The translations under genes were made by a program, and so were the position numbers. Below the pieces are notes generated by a model. That model saw only the letters and a list, made by a program, of their open reading frames with translations. It searched no databases and was not told the DNA's origin. Positions 27,789 through 37,576 of a DNA stretch of 64,000 nt are shown here, piece after piece. Positions within the stretch are counted from its first letter, which is position 1, and each line of letters starts with the position of its first letter. The stretch lies in the NCBI GenBank assembly GCA_963789945.1, contig CAWBMN010000018.1:105156-169155 (forward strand), given 5' to 3'. The stretch comes from an uncultured beta proteobacterium (GTDB lineage: Bacteria; Pseudomonadota; Gammaproteobacteria; Burkholderiales; JACQAP01).

Positions 27789-28942
27789 GGCGATGTCTGT
27801 TCCGCCCGCCTCAATGCATCCACCAGGCGCTCGACGTCTTCCTCGGAGTGGGCGGCGGACAGCGAGATGCGCAGCCGCGCCGTGCCCGCAGGCACGGTCG
27901 GCGGCCGGATCGCCGGAACCAGAATGCCCTCACGCCCCAACGTTTCGCTTGCCGCCAGCGCTTCGCGATTGCCGCCGATGATCAGCGGCTGGATCGGCGT
28001 CTGTGAGCGCGCCAGTTGCCAGCGCCGCAGCCGCAGGTCGCGGCCGAGTTTTTCTGCCAGGGCGTCGAGGCGCCGGCGCCGCCAGGACTCGTTTTGAATC
28101 AATTCCAGACTCTTGATGAGCGCGCAGGCCAGCGCCGGCGGGCTGGCCGTGGTGTAGATGTAACTGCGAGCGCGCTGGATCAGCATTTCAATCAACTCCT
28201 CGCTTCCCGCCACGAAAGCGCCGCACACGCCGGCAGCCTTGCCCAGCGTACCAACATATGCGATACGAGGCGAGGCAAGGCCCAAGTGCGCAAGCACGCC
28301 GCGGCCTTCCCCGCCGAGAACACCGAAGCCGTGCGCATCGTCCATCACCAGTGCGGCATCGAACCGTTCGCAAAGTTCGAGGATCGCGTCGAGCGGTGCG
28401 ATATCCCCGTCCATGCTGAATACGGCGTCGGTGACCACCACTTTGTCGGTGGCCTCGGAACGCGCCAGCGTCTGCGCGAGCGCGGCAACGTCGCAATGCG
28501 GATAGCGCGTGAAGCGCGCACGCGACAACACCATCGCATCGTTGAGCGAGGCGTGATTCAATCTGTCGGCAAATATCTCACTGGAGCGTCCGGCCAGTGT
28601 GGTAACCACGGCCAAATTGGCGAGATATCCGGACGAGAACAACAGCGCCCTCGGCAGGCGCACGAATTCGGCGAGCCGATGTTCCAGTTCTTCATGGGCG
28701 CGATGGTGGCCACTTACCAGATGCGACGCGCCCGCACCCGCACCGTGAAGCTGCGCGCCCTCACATAGAGCCTGGATTACGCGCGGGTCGGAGGCAAGAC
28801 CAAGGTAATCGTTGCTGCAGAACGAAAGATATTCGCGTCCGTCCACCCGAAGCCCTGCGCCCTGGGCGCAGTCGTTGACCCGGCGGCGGCGGCGCAAGCC
28901 CTGCGACTCGAGCGCGACAAGCTCAGCGGAGAATTCGCGCAT
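27785..28942 (-). CDS. bioF: 8-amino-7-oxononanoate synthase
   Basis: Start at MREFSAELVALESQGLRR. PLP-lysine region GTLGKAAG. The track ORF to 29818 is a spurious extension across bioB. Confidence 0.9.
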   Translation of the reverse strand: MREFSAELVALESQGLRRRRRVNDCAQGAGLRVDGREYLSFCSNDYLGLASDPRVIQALCEGAQLHGAGAGASHLVSGHHRAHEELEHRLAEFVRLPRALLFSSGYLANLAVVTTLAGRSSEIFADRLNHASLNDAMVLSRARFTRYPHCDVAALAQTLARSEATDKVVVTDAVFSMDGDIAPLDAILELCERFDAALVMDDAHGFGVLGGEGRGVLAHLGLASPRIAYVGTLGKAAGVCGAFVAGSEELIEMLIQRARSYIYTTASPPALACALIKSLELIQNESWRRRRLDALAEKLGRDLRLRRWQLARSQTPIQPLIIGGNREALAASETLGREGILVPAIRPPTVPAGTARLRISLSAAHSEEDVERLVDALRRAEQTSP

Positions 28943-29010
28943 CGCAAAGGGCTTGTGGGAGTTAAGGCGTCGTAGCAAACACGCGGGCCGCGCCTGCGGC
29001 CGCGGTCGAT

Positions 29011-30036
29011 TCAGTCCCGAGTCCCGGATTCCAAGTCCCGCTCCCGAGCGATTGCCATTGGTTTCAGGCCGAGTCTGGCGAACAGATCTCGATCGCGTTC
29101 GGCTTCCGGATTGCCGGTGGTAAGCAGCCTGTCGCCGTAGAAAATCGAATTGGCGCCGGCGAGGAAGCACAGCGCCTGCATTTCCGATGACATGTCTTCG
29201 CGTCCGGCAGACAGCCGCACCATCGCCTTCGGCATGGTGATGCGCGCGGCCGCGACGGTGCGCACGAACTCGAATGGGTCGAGTTTTGTGGTTCCGTACA
29301 GCGGCGTGCCTTCGACCTGGACCAGATTGTTGATGGGCACGCTCTCCGGATGCGGGTCGAGGCTGGCAAGTTGCGCGATCAGGCCTGCGCGGCTGACGCG
29401 TGACTCGCCCATCCCGACGATTCCCCCGCAACAGACGTGAATGCCGGCCGATCGCACTTTCTTCAGCGTATCCAGACGTTCGTCCTGGCCGCGGGTGGTG
29501 ACGATATGGCCGTAGAAATCGGCATCGGTATCCAGATTGTGGTTGTAATAGTCGAGGCCGGCCTCCTTGAGTTGCTCGGCCTGTCCGTCCTTCAGCATTC
29601 CCAGGGTAGCGCAAGTCTCCAGTCCCAATGCCTTTACTGCGCGCACCATGCCGGCCACTTTTTCCAGGTCGCGCTGCTTCGGGCCGCGCCACGCCGCGCC
29701 CATGCAGAAGCGCGACGCGCCGTTTTCCTGTGCCGTACGGGCTGCCTGCACGACTTCCTCGACCGTCATGAGCGCCTGATTCTTCACCCCGGTGTGGTAA
29801 CGGGCGGCTTGCGGACAATATCCGCAGTCTTCCGGACAGCCGCCGGTCTTGATCGACAGCAGCGTGGACAACTGCACTTCGTTGGCCGCGAAATGCTGGC
29901 GATGAACCTGTTGAGCACGAAAGATCAGATCGGCGAACGGGGCGTCAAGCAGCGCTTCGACTGCGGCGACGCTCCAGCGCTGGGCCGTCCGGGCAGCCGT
30001 GCTTCGAGTGCTCTGTTGTGCGGACTGGGGCATCAT
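29011..30036 (-). CDS. bioB: Biotin synthase
   Basis: Radical-SAM motif [10 protein letters not shown] and the YNHNLDT region. Confidence 0.96.
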   Translation of the reverse strand: MMPQSAQQSTRSTAARTAQRWSVAAVEALLDAPFADLIFRAQQVHRQHFAANEVQLSTLLSIKTGGCPEDCGYCPQAARYHTGVKNQALMTVEEVVQAARTAQENGASRFCMGAAWRGPKQRDLEKVAGMVRAVKALGLETCATLGMLKDGQAEQLKEAGLDYYNHNLDTDADFYGHIVTTRGQDERLDTLKKVRSAGIHVCCGGIVGMGESRVSRAGLIAQLASLDPHPESVPINNLVQVEGTPLYGTTKLDPFEFVRTVAAARITMPKAMVRLSAGREDMSSEMQALCFLAGANSIFYGDRLLTTGNPEAERDRDLFARLGLKPMAIARERDLESGTRD

Positions 30037-30108
30037 GGTTGCAGGGCTAGTTGAAAAGAAATTCCGGCCGGTCGCGGCCTTGGGGAATGTTCGTGGAAGC
30101 CTGAACCC

Positions 30109-30140
30109 TTGTCAAATATTGCTTACAGAGTTTTTGACAA
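30109..30140. promoter_or_regulatory. Candidate BirA-type bio operator (TTGTCAAA-N16-TTTGACAA)
   Basis: 8-bp perfect inverted arms, 73-104 nt upstream of the bioB start. The arrangement resembles the TTGT...ACAA bio operators of proteobacteria. Confidence 0.35.
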
Positions 30141-30825
30141 CTGCCTGTCCTTTGCGCATGCATTGTTGCCACCGGCGTGCCTGTTGTGCGCCGGGTACGG
30201 CGCGGCCGACGGACTGTGTCAGGGTTGCCGCCAATCGCTGCCGCGATTGCCGGTGTCGCACTGCCCGATCTGCGCGGCGCCGGGTACGGGAGCGGAAGTT
30301 TGCGGACGCTGCCTTACCCGGCGTCCGGCTTTCGACCGCGTGGTCGCGGCGCTCGTTTATGCCTTTCCCGCCGACGCGCTGGTGCGCACACTCAAGTACC
30401 GCGGCGGACTGGCTTGCGCGCGACCGCTCGCCGCCGCCCTGGCCGAAGCGCTCGATTCGGAACCCTATCCCGATCTGGTGATGCCGATGCCGTTGGCGCC
30501 GCGGCGCTTGCGCGAACGCGGATTCAATCAGGCGATGGAGATCGCGAGGCTGGTCGGCGCGGAATTCGGACTGGGGATCAAGGCGAACGGCTGCCGGCGC
30601 AGCCGGGAGAGCGCGCCGCAGGCATCGCTGCCGTGGAAGGAGAGGGCTGCAAACGTGCGCAATGCCTTTGCCTGCGAACTCGATCTGGAAGGCAAGACCG
30701 TCGCCGTGGTGGACGATGTGCTGACCACCGGTGCCACGCTCAACGAACTTGCGCTGACACTCAAGCACCGCGGTGCGCGCGAAGTGTGGGGATGGGTTGT
30801 GGCGCGCACGCCGCCGCACCGGTAA
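30109..30825 (+). CDS. comF: ComF family protein (amidophosphoribosyltransferase-like)
   Basis: N-terminal double CxxC (LLCAG...CQGC, CPIC...CGRC) and a C-terminal PRTase motif [13 protein letters not shown]. The TTG start is uncertain. Confidence 0.8.
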   Translation: MSNIAYRVFDNCLSFAHALLPPACLLCAGYGAADGLCQGCRQSLPRLPVSHCPICAAPGTGAEVCGRCLTRRPAFDRVVAALVYAFPADALVRTLKYRGGLACARPLAAALAEALDSEPYPDLVMPMPLAPRRLRERGFNQAMEIARLVGAEFGLGIKANGCRRSRESAPQASLPWKERAANVRNAFACELDLEGKTVAVVDDVLTTGATLNELALTLKHRGAREVWGWVVARTPPHR

Positions 30826-30840
30826 CCCGATCCCGGCGAA

Positions 30841-32934
30841 TCACTTCCTTGGCGATAGTTCCCGCAACTGGCGCTCGACGAAAGTCTGCAGGTCGGCGTT
30901 GAGCTGATTCGAGGCGGCGGCGCGCTGGAATGCATCGCGCGCGTCGGCAAACTGATTGCTGGCGCGCAGGGACATGCCCAGCCCCATGAGCCACACCGCG
31001 TTGCCCGGAGAGGACTGCAGCGCGGTGCGGTAGTAATCCACCGCATCCCTGTGCCGGCCGTCACGCTGCAACAACGCCGCCAGAAACGCATGGAATTCGG
31101 GGTCGGATCGAACGTAAGGCAGTGCCCCGACCATCGTGTTGATGGCGCCGCCGACCTCGCCACGATCGACTTCCAGGCGCGCCAGCACCATGGCGTGCCG
31201 CGGTTGGCGCGGGTTCAGTTCGAGCGCGCGGCGCAACAACTCCTCGGCTTCGTCATTGCGCCCACCATCCAGGAGCAGCCCGAGCAAGGCCTGGCGCGCG
31301 GCGACGTGTGTGGGGTCCACTTGCAACGCTTCGCGAAAATTCGTCTCGGCCGCGCTGACCCTTCCGTTCTGCAACTGCGCGACACCACTGCGAAAAGCCG
31401 TTTCGGCACGCTGCTGCACTGTCATCTCGCGCATCTGCTTGTCGATTGCGGACGGGCTCTCCGCAGCCGCGGCTTGTGTCGCGGCCGCAGGGACGGAATC
31501 CGTTGCCGCCGCGGCAGGCGGCGCATCGGCAGCCGCGGGAGCGACGACTGGAGCGGATTCGGGCGCGGGGCGAGCGGCGGAAGGCCTGGCTGCGCGGGGT
31601 TTCTCCGTTCGCGTGACGGACTTCGGCTTTGCCGCCCGAACTGCAGGCGCGCCCGGCTCCGGGGTGAAACTCAGCTCGTCGGAAAGCCTGGACACTGGCG
31701 GAAGCAGCACCGCCTGCACCGCCGGCTCGACCGGAACCGGCGCTGTTGGGGATGGGGCTGCGGCAGTTTGCGTTGCCGGAGCCTGTGCCGGAATCTGTTT
31801 CTTTACGGGGTCGGACAGCGGCGTCAAGGTGAGCGGCGTGGTCGCTACCGGCGGCCATCCGCCGCTGAGGTAAATGAACGCACCGACTGCCGTCAACACC
31901 AGGATAAGCGCAACGGCGAGCATGCGCACGACCACCGGCGAACCCGCGCGTACTGCACGCACTTGCGGCGGCAGCGATGTCAACCCGGGATCGGCGGCGT
32001 GCCGTTTCTCGAGTTCCTGCAATACCTGGTTGATCAGACTCATCGATACCCGAACCAATAGGCAAGCGCTGCAATGGCAACAAACAGCGACAGCGCCGAT
32101 TGCCAGCAGCGGAGAGCGGGCGGACCTGGCCGCCGGCGTATCCTGAGCCGCCTTGCGCACATGCGCTGCCGACACATAGTGCCTGCCCTCGCCGTACGCC
32201 GCCAGCATGGCCTTGTGGGCAAGCACGTTGACCAGGCGCGGCACCCCGGCGCTGGCACGGTAGAGCGCGTCCATCGCGGAACGGTAAAACAGGCGATCAC
32301 CGACATAACCGGCAACGCCCAGCCGGTGGCCGACGTAGTATTCCATCTCACGCCGCGACAACGGCGAAAGATGATAGTGATAGGTGATGCGTTGCTGAAG
32401 CTGGCGCACCGATTCGTGCCTCAGGCGGGTGTCCAGTTCGGGCTGCCCGAACAGCACCACCTGGAACAGCTTGCGCTTTTCGGTTTCGAGATTGGACAAC
32501 AGTCGCAACGATTCCAGCGTTTCCAGCGGCATTGCCTGCGCTTCGTCGAGACAGACCACCACGCGTTTGCCGGCACGCGCGTAGTCGAGCAGCGCATGAT
32601 TGAGCGTCTTCACCAGGTGGTGCTGGTCGTCGTCGCGGTCGAACGTAACCCGCAGTTCGTCAGCCAGCGCAAGCAGCAGGCCGAGCGGATCGAGATACGG
32701 ATTGGGGATGTAGGCGGTCACGAATTCGCCGTCAAGCTCGGCGAGAAAGCGCCGGCACAGAAGGGTCTTGCCGGTGCCGACCTCGCCGGTGATTTTCATG
32801 AAGCCTTCGCCGTTGGCAACGGCGACCAGCAGCGTGTTCAGCGCCTCCTGATGCGGCGTGCAGGCAAAGGCGAACGCGGTATCCGGTGTCAGTCCGAACG
32901 GCGGCTCGCGAAGCGCGAAATGGGTGCGGTACAT
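30841..32934 (-). CDS. MshM-like ExeA-type AAA ATPase fused in frame to an MshN-like TM/TPR protein
   Basis: N-terminal P-loop GEVGTGKTLL and the ExeA-type fold. At codon 298 a canonical MshN N-terminus (MSLINQVLQELEKR) begins, followed by a TM helix, a Pro/Ala-rich linker and TPR repeats. See the finding on a possible frameshift. Confidence 0.75.
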   Translation of the reverse strand: MYRTHFALREPPFGLTPDTAFAFACTPHQEALNTLLVAVANGEGFMKITGEVGTGKTLLCRRFLAELDGEFVTAYIPNPYLDPLGLLLALADELRVTFDRDDDQHHLVKTLNHALLDYARAGKRVVVCLDEAQAMPLETLESLRLLSNLETEKRKLFQVVLFGQPELDTRLRHESVRQLQQRITYHYHLSPLSRREMEYYVGHRLGVAGYVGDRLFYRSAMDALYRASAGVPRLVNVLAHKAMLAAYGEGRHYVSAAHVRKAAQDTPAARSARSPLLAIGAVAVCCHCSACLLVRVSMSLINQVLQELEKRHAADPGLTSLPPQVRAVRAGSPVVVRMLAVALILVLTAVGAFIYLSGGWPPVATTPLTLTPLSDPVKKQIPAQAPATQTAAAPSPTAPVPVEPAVQAVLLPPVSRLSDELSFTPEPGAPAVRAAKPKSVTRTEKPRAARPSAARPAPESAPVVAPAAADAPPAAAATDSVPAAATQAAAAESPSAIDKQMREMTVQQRAETAFRSGVAQLQNGRVSAAETNFREALQVDPTHVAARQALLGLLLDGGRNDEAEELLRRALELNPRQPRHAMVLARLEVDRGEVGGAINTMVGALPYVRSDPEFHAFLAALLQRDGRHRDAVDYYRTALQSSPGNAVWLMGLGMSLRASNQFADARDAFQRAAASNQLNADLQTFVERQLRELSPRK

Positions 32935-33000
32935 GATCAGCCGCCGGCCCGCCGTCCTGCGGCGGCGCGCTCCAATGCGATACTCGGACCGGTGGCTGCG

Positions 33001-34761
33001 CTACTGCGCAGGTGTCGCAGGCGATTGGGGCAAAGGGCTGCGCGACTGGGAGTCACTGCGTTGATAGGCGTCGATGCGTTCCTTGGTGTCCAGTATATCC
33101 TGACGCCACGATGCGTCGCTCTCGATCACGGTGGTCTTGAGCAGGATCACCAGCTCGCTTTTCACCACCGAGCGGCGTTTGCTGCCAAACAACGCGCCGA
33201 TCCAGGGTGTCGAGCTCAATCCAGGCAGGCCGTTACTGTCGCGGGCCGACGTTTCCTTCATCAGGCCGCCTATGGCAACGATGTTGCCGTCACTGACGCG
33301 CACGATGGTGTCGCTCTCGCTGATGGAACTGGAGGCAAGCGGCAGGCGGAAATTGCCGGCAGTGCCCAGATCGATGTCCTTGGTTTTTTCGATCACGTTC
33401 GATACCGACGGATGGATGTGCAGGATGATCTGGCTGTTCTGATCAATCTGCGGCGTGACATCGAGGGCAACGCCGGAGAAGAATGGCGCCGTCGTGATGG
33501 TCGGAGACTGGGTGCTGGTGGTGCCGGTGGTAGTGGTATTGGTGGTGATGTTGGTCACGAAGAATTCGTCGGTACCGACCTTCAGCACCGCCTTCTGGTT
33601 GTTCAGCGTTGCGATTCGCGGGCTGGACAGTACCTGCAGATCGCCCTGGGTCTCGAGGAAGGCCATGAGCGCCGCGAAACTGCCGGTCTGGAACGCCAGG
33701 CCGAACAGAGTTCCAGGCGTCCCGGGGCCCACGCCGATGACACCGGGCGCCGCCGGATTGGACGAGAGCAGGGAATTGATGGCAACGGAGCCGTCTGCGT
33801 TGCGCGCCGTGAACGCGCTGATGGCGCCGTTAGGCGACAGCGTCGATCCGGGAGACAGCACCCCGCCCGCGAAGCGGCTGTTGGGCCCCTGCGTGAACGC
33901 CGCCCAGTTCACCCCGCTTTGGTGGGTGTCGGAAAGCTGCACTTCGATGATTTTCGCTTCCAGCATGACCTGGCGCTCGACCACCACCTGCATGGCCTTC
34001 AGGAACTCTTCGACTCCGCGCAGCTCGGCCGGAAAGGCGCGCACCACCATTACACCCGACTGCGGGCTCATCACCACGTTGCGACCGTCTTCGGCCCCGA
34101 TGATCGCCCGCACTGCGGCGCCGATATCCGTCCAGAAGTCGTTGTCCGAAGTGGTCGTCACTTTGCTGCTCTCGATTGCCTGCGCGCCTACACCGCCTGT
34201 CGTCGTCGGTGCGCCAACCACACCCTGCTGAGTCGCGCTCGGCGCATCCGAAATCGCGCCGGAGGTCACGCGCACTTCGGTGCGGCCCTTGCGCTGGCTC
34301 ATCAGGTAGTTGACCTGGAACACCCGCGTTTGCAAGCCGAGCGGCTGGATCAGGACACGGGGGCCCTGCAGCTTGTATTCGTAGCCGTACATCTCGCGCA
34401 GCGTGTCGAGCGCCTCGAACACGGTAACGTCCTTGAGATTGACGGAAATCGCCTCCTTGATGCTCGGGTGCACCACCATGCTGTAACGCGTGCCGGAGAC
34501 GATGGCCATGAAAACCTGGTTGGCTGGCGCGCCGTTTACCACCAGGTCGAAACGGGGCTCGATAGGTCGGCCGTCCACCTTCGGCATTTCAACGGTGAGC
34601 GAAGGCAACAGGGCGCGGTTCACCTCATCCGGTTGCCCCGAAGCAGTCCGCTCGCGCGAGGCTTTCGCCATCTCTTTCTTGGCGTTGCCGTAGGGCACGC
34701 CATAGTGGTTGGCGCACGCGCCCAGCGCGAGGATCAGAAACAGGGTGAGAAGCCTTCTCAT
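33001..34761 (-). CDS. mshL: MSHA-type pilus secretin
   Basis: Lipobox LALGAC, N domains and a C-terminal secretin domain (VSDGNIVAIGGLM...PGLSSTPWIGALFG). Confidence 0.9.
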   Translation of the reverse strand: MRRLLTLFLILALGACANHYGVPYGNAKKEMAKASRERTASGQPDEVNRALLPSLTVEMPKVDGRPIEPRFDLVVNGAPANQVFMAIVSGTRYSMVVHPSIKEAISVNLKDVTVFEALDTLREMYGYEYKLQGPRVLIQPLGLQTRVFQVNYLMSQRKGRTEVRVTSGAISDAPSATQQGVVGAPTTTGGVGAQAIESSKVTTTSDNDFWTDIGAAVRAIIGAEDGRNVVMSPQSGVMVVRAFPAELRGVEEFLKAMQVVVERQVMLEAKIIEVQLSDTHQSGVNWAAFTQGPNSRFAGGVLSPGSTLSPNGAISAFTARNADGSVAINSLLSSNPAAPGVIGVGPGTPGTLFGLAFQTGSFAALMAFLETQGDLQVLSSPRIATLNNQKAVLKVGTDEFFVTNITTNTTTTGTTSTQSPTITTAPFFSGVALDVTPQIDQNSQIILHIHPSVSNVIEKTKDIDLGTAGNFRLPLASSSISESDTIVRVSDGNIVAIGGLMKETSARDSNGLPGLSSTPWIGALFGSKRRSVVKSELVILLKTTVIESDASWRQDILDTKERIDAYQRSDSQSRSPLPQSPATPAQ

Positions 34762-34791
34762 TTTGTCCTTTCTTGTTCTCTGTCCTGTGCG

Positions 34792-35247
34792 CTATCGGGT
34801 CGCATCGTCAGCCCCACCGGCCGCAGGTTTCGCTTCGGCGCGCGACTTGGCCGCATCCCGCTTGGGCTGCTGCGCCTGCGGCATGGCTTCACTGCGCATG
34901 TCCACGTCGGGAAACAGCCTTACGGTGCGCAGTGCCCCGCCGGCTCGCAACGTCACCTCGCCTTCACGGATTGCGACGAGTTCCGCACCGGCCACTGATC
35001 CGCCAAGCGACAAGATTTTGCCGTTGATGATGGCGTATCGCCGCTCGGGCGACAGCAGCACCGACTGAAGAACCCATTCGGCGTCACGGCCACGGCTCAC
35101 GATTCCGCCTTCTCCTGTTCTGCCGGAAAAAAACGCCGGCCGCGTCGGGTCGCGCAGCACCTGCGCCGCGGCGAGCGGTACACACACAGCCAGTGCGGCG
35201 CCGAATACCAGTAATCTGGTCATGGGGCCGGTGATGTGGCTGTTCAT
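34792..35247 (-). CDS. mshK: MshK-like pilus biogenesis protein
   Basis: The ATG overlaps the mshJ stop (ATGA). Signal peptide, small periplasmic protein directly upstream of mshL. Assignment partly by position. Confidence 0.55.
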   Translation of the reverse strand: MNSHITGPMTRLLVFGAALAVCVPLAAAQVLRDPTRPAFFSGRTGEGGIVSRGRDAEWVLQSVLLSPERRYAIINGKILSLGGSVAGAELVAIREGEVTLRAGGALRTVRLFPDVDMRSEAMPQAQQPKRDAAKSRAEAKPAAGGADDATR

Positions 35248-35924
35248 ACCACCAGCCAGGCCTCGTCGAGGCTCAATGTATAAAGCGTCACAGTCATCTG
35301 CACCCGTGGGTACTGCAAGGCGTCGATGCCGGTCCTGGCCCAGAACATCTGCCACTGCAACTTCTCGAGACGCGTCAGATAGTCCAGCAGATCCAGATAG
35401 CCGCCTTCGAGTGTAAGTTCGATGCCGTGTTTATAGACCAGGCGATCGGCGCCGCCCGGCGTCACGGCCCGCACCGGCGCGCCTTTCGCCTCGCGGTCCA
35501 CCAGCGCCGTCACCGGCAGAGTCTTGAGCTTCACCAGGTGTACCCGGCTGTTGCGCGTCAGCACGTCCTCCAGCACCTGGGTCATGCGCGTCGGCGGTAC
35601 CAAACCCTGCTGCACGCCACGCAACTCGGCGTCGAATTGCGCAAGTTGTGCCTTTAACGCGTCGATGCGCGCGCGCGCTGCGGTGTCCGGATCCTGAGCG
35701 GCCGAGCGCATCAGTTCGGCGGTCTGGACCTGAAACTGTGCGAGCGTCGTCTGCTGGCGCGAGATATCGGCGCTGAGCCGCTTGTGGCGCGCCAGTTCGT
35801 TGTCGATTGCCAGCATAAACACCAGCCATCCGATCACGACCGCACCAGCGAGGAATACCATTACGCGCTCGCGCGGCTTGAGCGCGTCGAACCGGGTCAC
35901 TGCTTTTTGCCAGGTCTCGTTCAT
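35244..35924 (-). CDS. mshJ: MshJ-like (PilO-type) pilus assembly protein
   Basis: N-terminal TM plus coiled coil plus a PilO-like C-terminal domain. Coupled to its neighbours by overlapping stop/start codons. Confidence 0.65.
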   Translation of the reverse strand: MNETWQKAVTRFDALKPRERVMVFLAGAVVIGWLVFMLAIDNELARHKRLSADISRQQTTLAQFQVQTAELMRSAAQDPDTAARARIDALKAQLAQFDAELRGVQQGLVPPTRMTQVLEDVLTRNSRVHLVKLKTLPVTALVDREAKGAPVRAVTPGGADRLVYKHGIELTLEGGYLDLLDYLTRLEKLQWQMFWARTGIDALQYPRVQMTVTLYTLSLDEAWLVV

Positions 35925-36574
35925 CGGGCCGCCGCTTTTGCCGCCGGCGTTTCGGAGCTGGTCGCCAGCCGGAATTCGATATACGGCGGCCGTCCGCCGC
36001 TCTTGTCAGCCGGATCGGGGACGGGCACCTGCATCAGCAGTTCCGAGAATGGATGACCCTGCATGACGGTTTCCGAATTGAGCCGCCGCAAGTAGCCCGG
36101 CACCTGCTCCGCACGCAGCGCGCGGCCTTCCACCGCGACGTCCTGGCCGCTGGCGGCGATGTGTAGCCCTGTCAGCCAGACGCCTTCGAAAGACTGCCGG
36201 GCAAAAGCGCGCAGGTGTTCCGAGAAGCCCCTGGTATCGCCGAGTGCGCCGCCTTTGAGTACCGCCATCACTTCATCGCGTCCCTTGATCTCGGATTCCA
36301 GGCGCGCAATCTCCGCGGTGATCAGCGGATCCTGCTTGCGATTCGCTACCTGGCCCGCGAGCCGCTGCATTTCCGCCTGCGCCGCCGTCACCTTGGCTGC
36401 TAACTCTCGCTCCTGCTGCGCCAACTGGCGATTGCGCATTCCCGCGTAACCGGCGAACGCGACCGAAAGCAGCGCAACCGTCAGCCACCCCATCAGTGCC
36501 GTCTTCAGCGTGAGCCGGCCACTCTTGTCCAGAAAGGCCGGGTTGAAGAGGTTGATCTGCTGAGACACTGTCAA
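35921..36574 (-). CDS. PilN-like fimbrial assembly protein (C-terminal half of Vibrio-type MshI)
   Basis: INLFNP motif, a single TM and a coiled coil. Confidence 0.6.
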   Translation of the reverse strand: MTVSQQINLFNPAFLDKSGRLTLKTALMGWLTVALLSVAFAGYAGMRNRQLAQQERELAAKVTAAQAEMQRLAGQVANRKQDPLITAEIARLESEIKGRDEVMAVLKGGALGDTRGFSEHLRAFARQSFEGVWLTGLHIAASGQDVAVEGRALRAEQVPGYLRRLNSETVMQGHPFSELLMQVPVPDPADKSGGRPPYIEFRLATSSETPAAKAAAR

Positions 36575-36583
36575 TCCTTTCGA

Positions 36584-37531
36584 CTAGGGCAGGCCGGTGC
36601 GCAGCGCAGCGCCCAGCGTCTGCCAGCGCTGCATCTGCTCGCCGGGTTCGCGCAATTCCGGAACCTTGTGAAAGTCAAGCACCTCTCCGAGATCCACGGA
36701 ATCGACCTGTGCGGAGAGATTGCCCGCAAGGTACTGCGTCAACCCGATCTCCGCCGGCACAGGTCCGAGCAGCACGCGCGCCACCGGTACATTGCTGAAC
36801 TGCCGGTCGAAGTGGTCGAGTGAACGCTGCAACTCCAGCGCGATGCGCTCGAACATCTGTTCGCGCATGTCGCCGGCCGCATGGGTCAGTTGCTCGAGGC
36901 TCACATCGATTCTGCGCGAAAGGTAGAGTTCGCCGCGCGCGCTGAAAGTCAGCAAGCCGCCTTCCTCGCCGAAGCTCAGCATGGCGAGCGCGCGATCATC
37001 AGTTTCCAGGAGCGTCGCAAGATTGCGTTGGGCCATTTCAGGAATCTCGATCACCCGCAACGGGATTCCGGCCTGCGCAAAGAGCTTCATGCGCGACTCG
37101 ATGTCCGCGTTGCGCGCAGAGACGGCATATACCGAGCGCCCACGCGTAGGCGCGCCGGCGTCGGCCGGAACCTGAACCACGTCGACTGTGGCCGACTCGA
37201 CCGGATATTCGAGAAAGTCCTTGAGCTTCCAGCGCACCGCCGACTTCAATTCCGCATCCGGCACCTTTGGCGCATCCAGCAACTGCAACTGGTACTGCGG
37301 CGCCGGAAGCAACGTCGAGCAGCGGAAGCGCTTGAGGTGAAGTTCGCGGCGCAGACGCTGGAGTGTGTCGGCCTCGTTGCCCTCATGCGGGTGACTCGAG
37401 CAGAATTCCACGACCGGACGCTCCGCACCGTTGCGGGACACCCTGGCGATTTCTACGCGGCCCGCAAAGACGTTCACAGCGGCGAGTTCGCCGGATTCGC
37501 TTCTCGAGAAAATTGAGCGCACCGTAGGCAT
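36584..37531 (-). CDS. mshI: PilM-like actin-fold pilus assembly protein (N-terminal half of Vibrio-type MshI)
   Basis: The start at MPTVRSIFSRSESGELAAVNV fits the PilM/MshI N-terminus. The alternative ATG at 37606 would add an AT-rich 25-codon extension. Confidence 0.65.
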   Translation of the reverse strand: MPTVRSIFSRSESGELAAVNVFAGRVEIARVSRNGAERPVVEFCSSHPHEGNEADTLQRLRRELHLKRFRCSTLLPAPQYQLQLLDAPKVPDAELKSAVRWKLKDFLEYPVESATVDVVQVPADAGAPTRGRSVYAVSARNADIESRMKLFAQAGIPLRVIEIPEMAQRNLATLLETDDRALAMLSFGEEGGLLTFSARGELYLSRRIDVSLEQLTHAAGDMREQMFERIALELQRSLDHFDRQFSNVPVARVLLGPVPAEIGLTQYLAGNLSAQVDSVDLGEVLDFHKVPELREPGEQMQRWQTLGAALRTGLP

Positions 37532-37547
37532 CTTAAAAATTAACGCG

Positions 37548-37576
37548 AACATATATAAATAACTTATTGTTGTCAA
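37548..37576 (-). promoter_or_regulatory. Candidate sigma-70 promoter inside an AT-rich island between mshQ and mshI
   Basis: On the minus strand: TTGACA (37576-37571), a 17-nt spacer, then TATGTT (37553-37548). The surrounding roughly 60 nt are strikingly AT-rich for this genome. Confidence 0.35.

Noticed and set aside
28943-29818. N-terminal 290-codon extension of the bioF ORF; likewise 13252..14190 on the M16 gene, 11879..12400, 2642..2824 and 47161..47385
   Set aside because: The extensions overlap well-supported neighbouring genes in another frame and have Arg/Gly-rich composition. Internal starts reproduce canonical N-termini and give stop/start coupling.
32074-34998. 974-aa ORF on the + strand, the longest + strand ORF in the track in this region
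   Set aside because: It is antisense to mshM/N, mshL and mshK, all of which have clear family signatures. Its translation is Arg/Gly/Ala/His-rich low-complexity with no motifs, which is typical antisense read-through in high-GC DNA.
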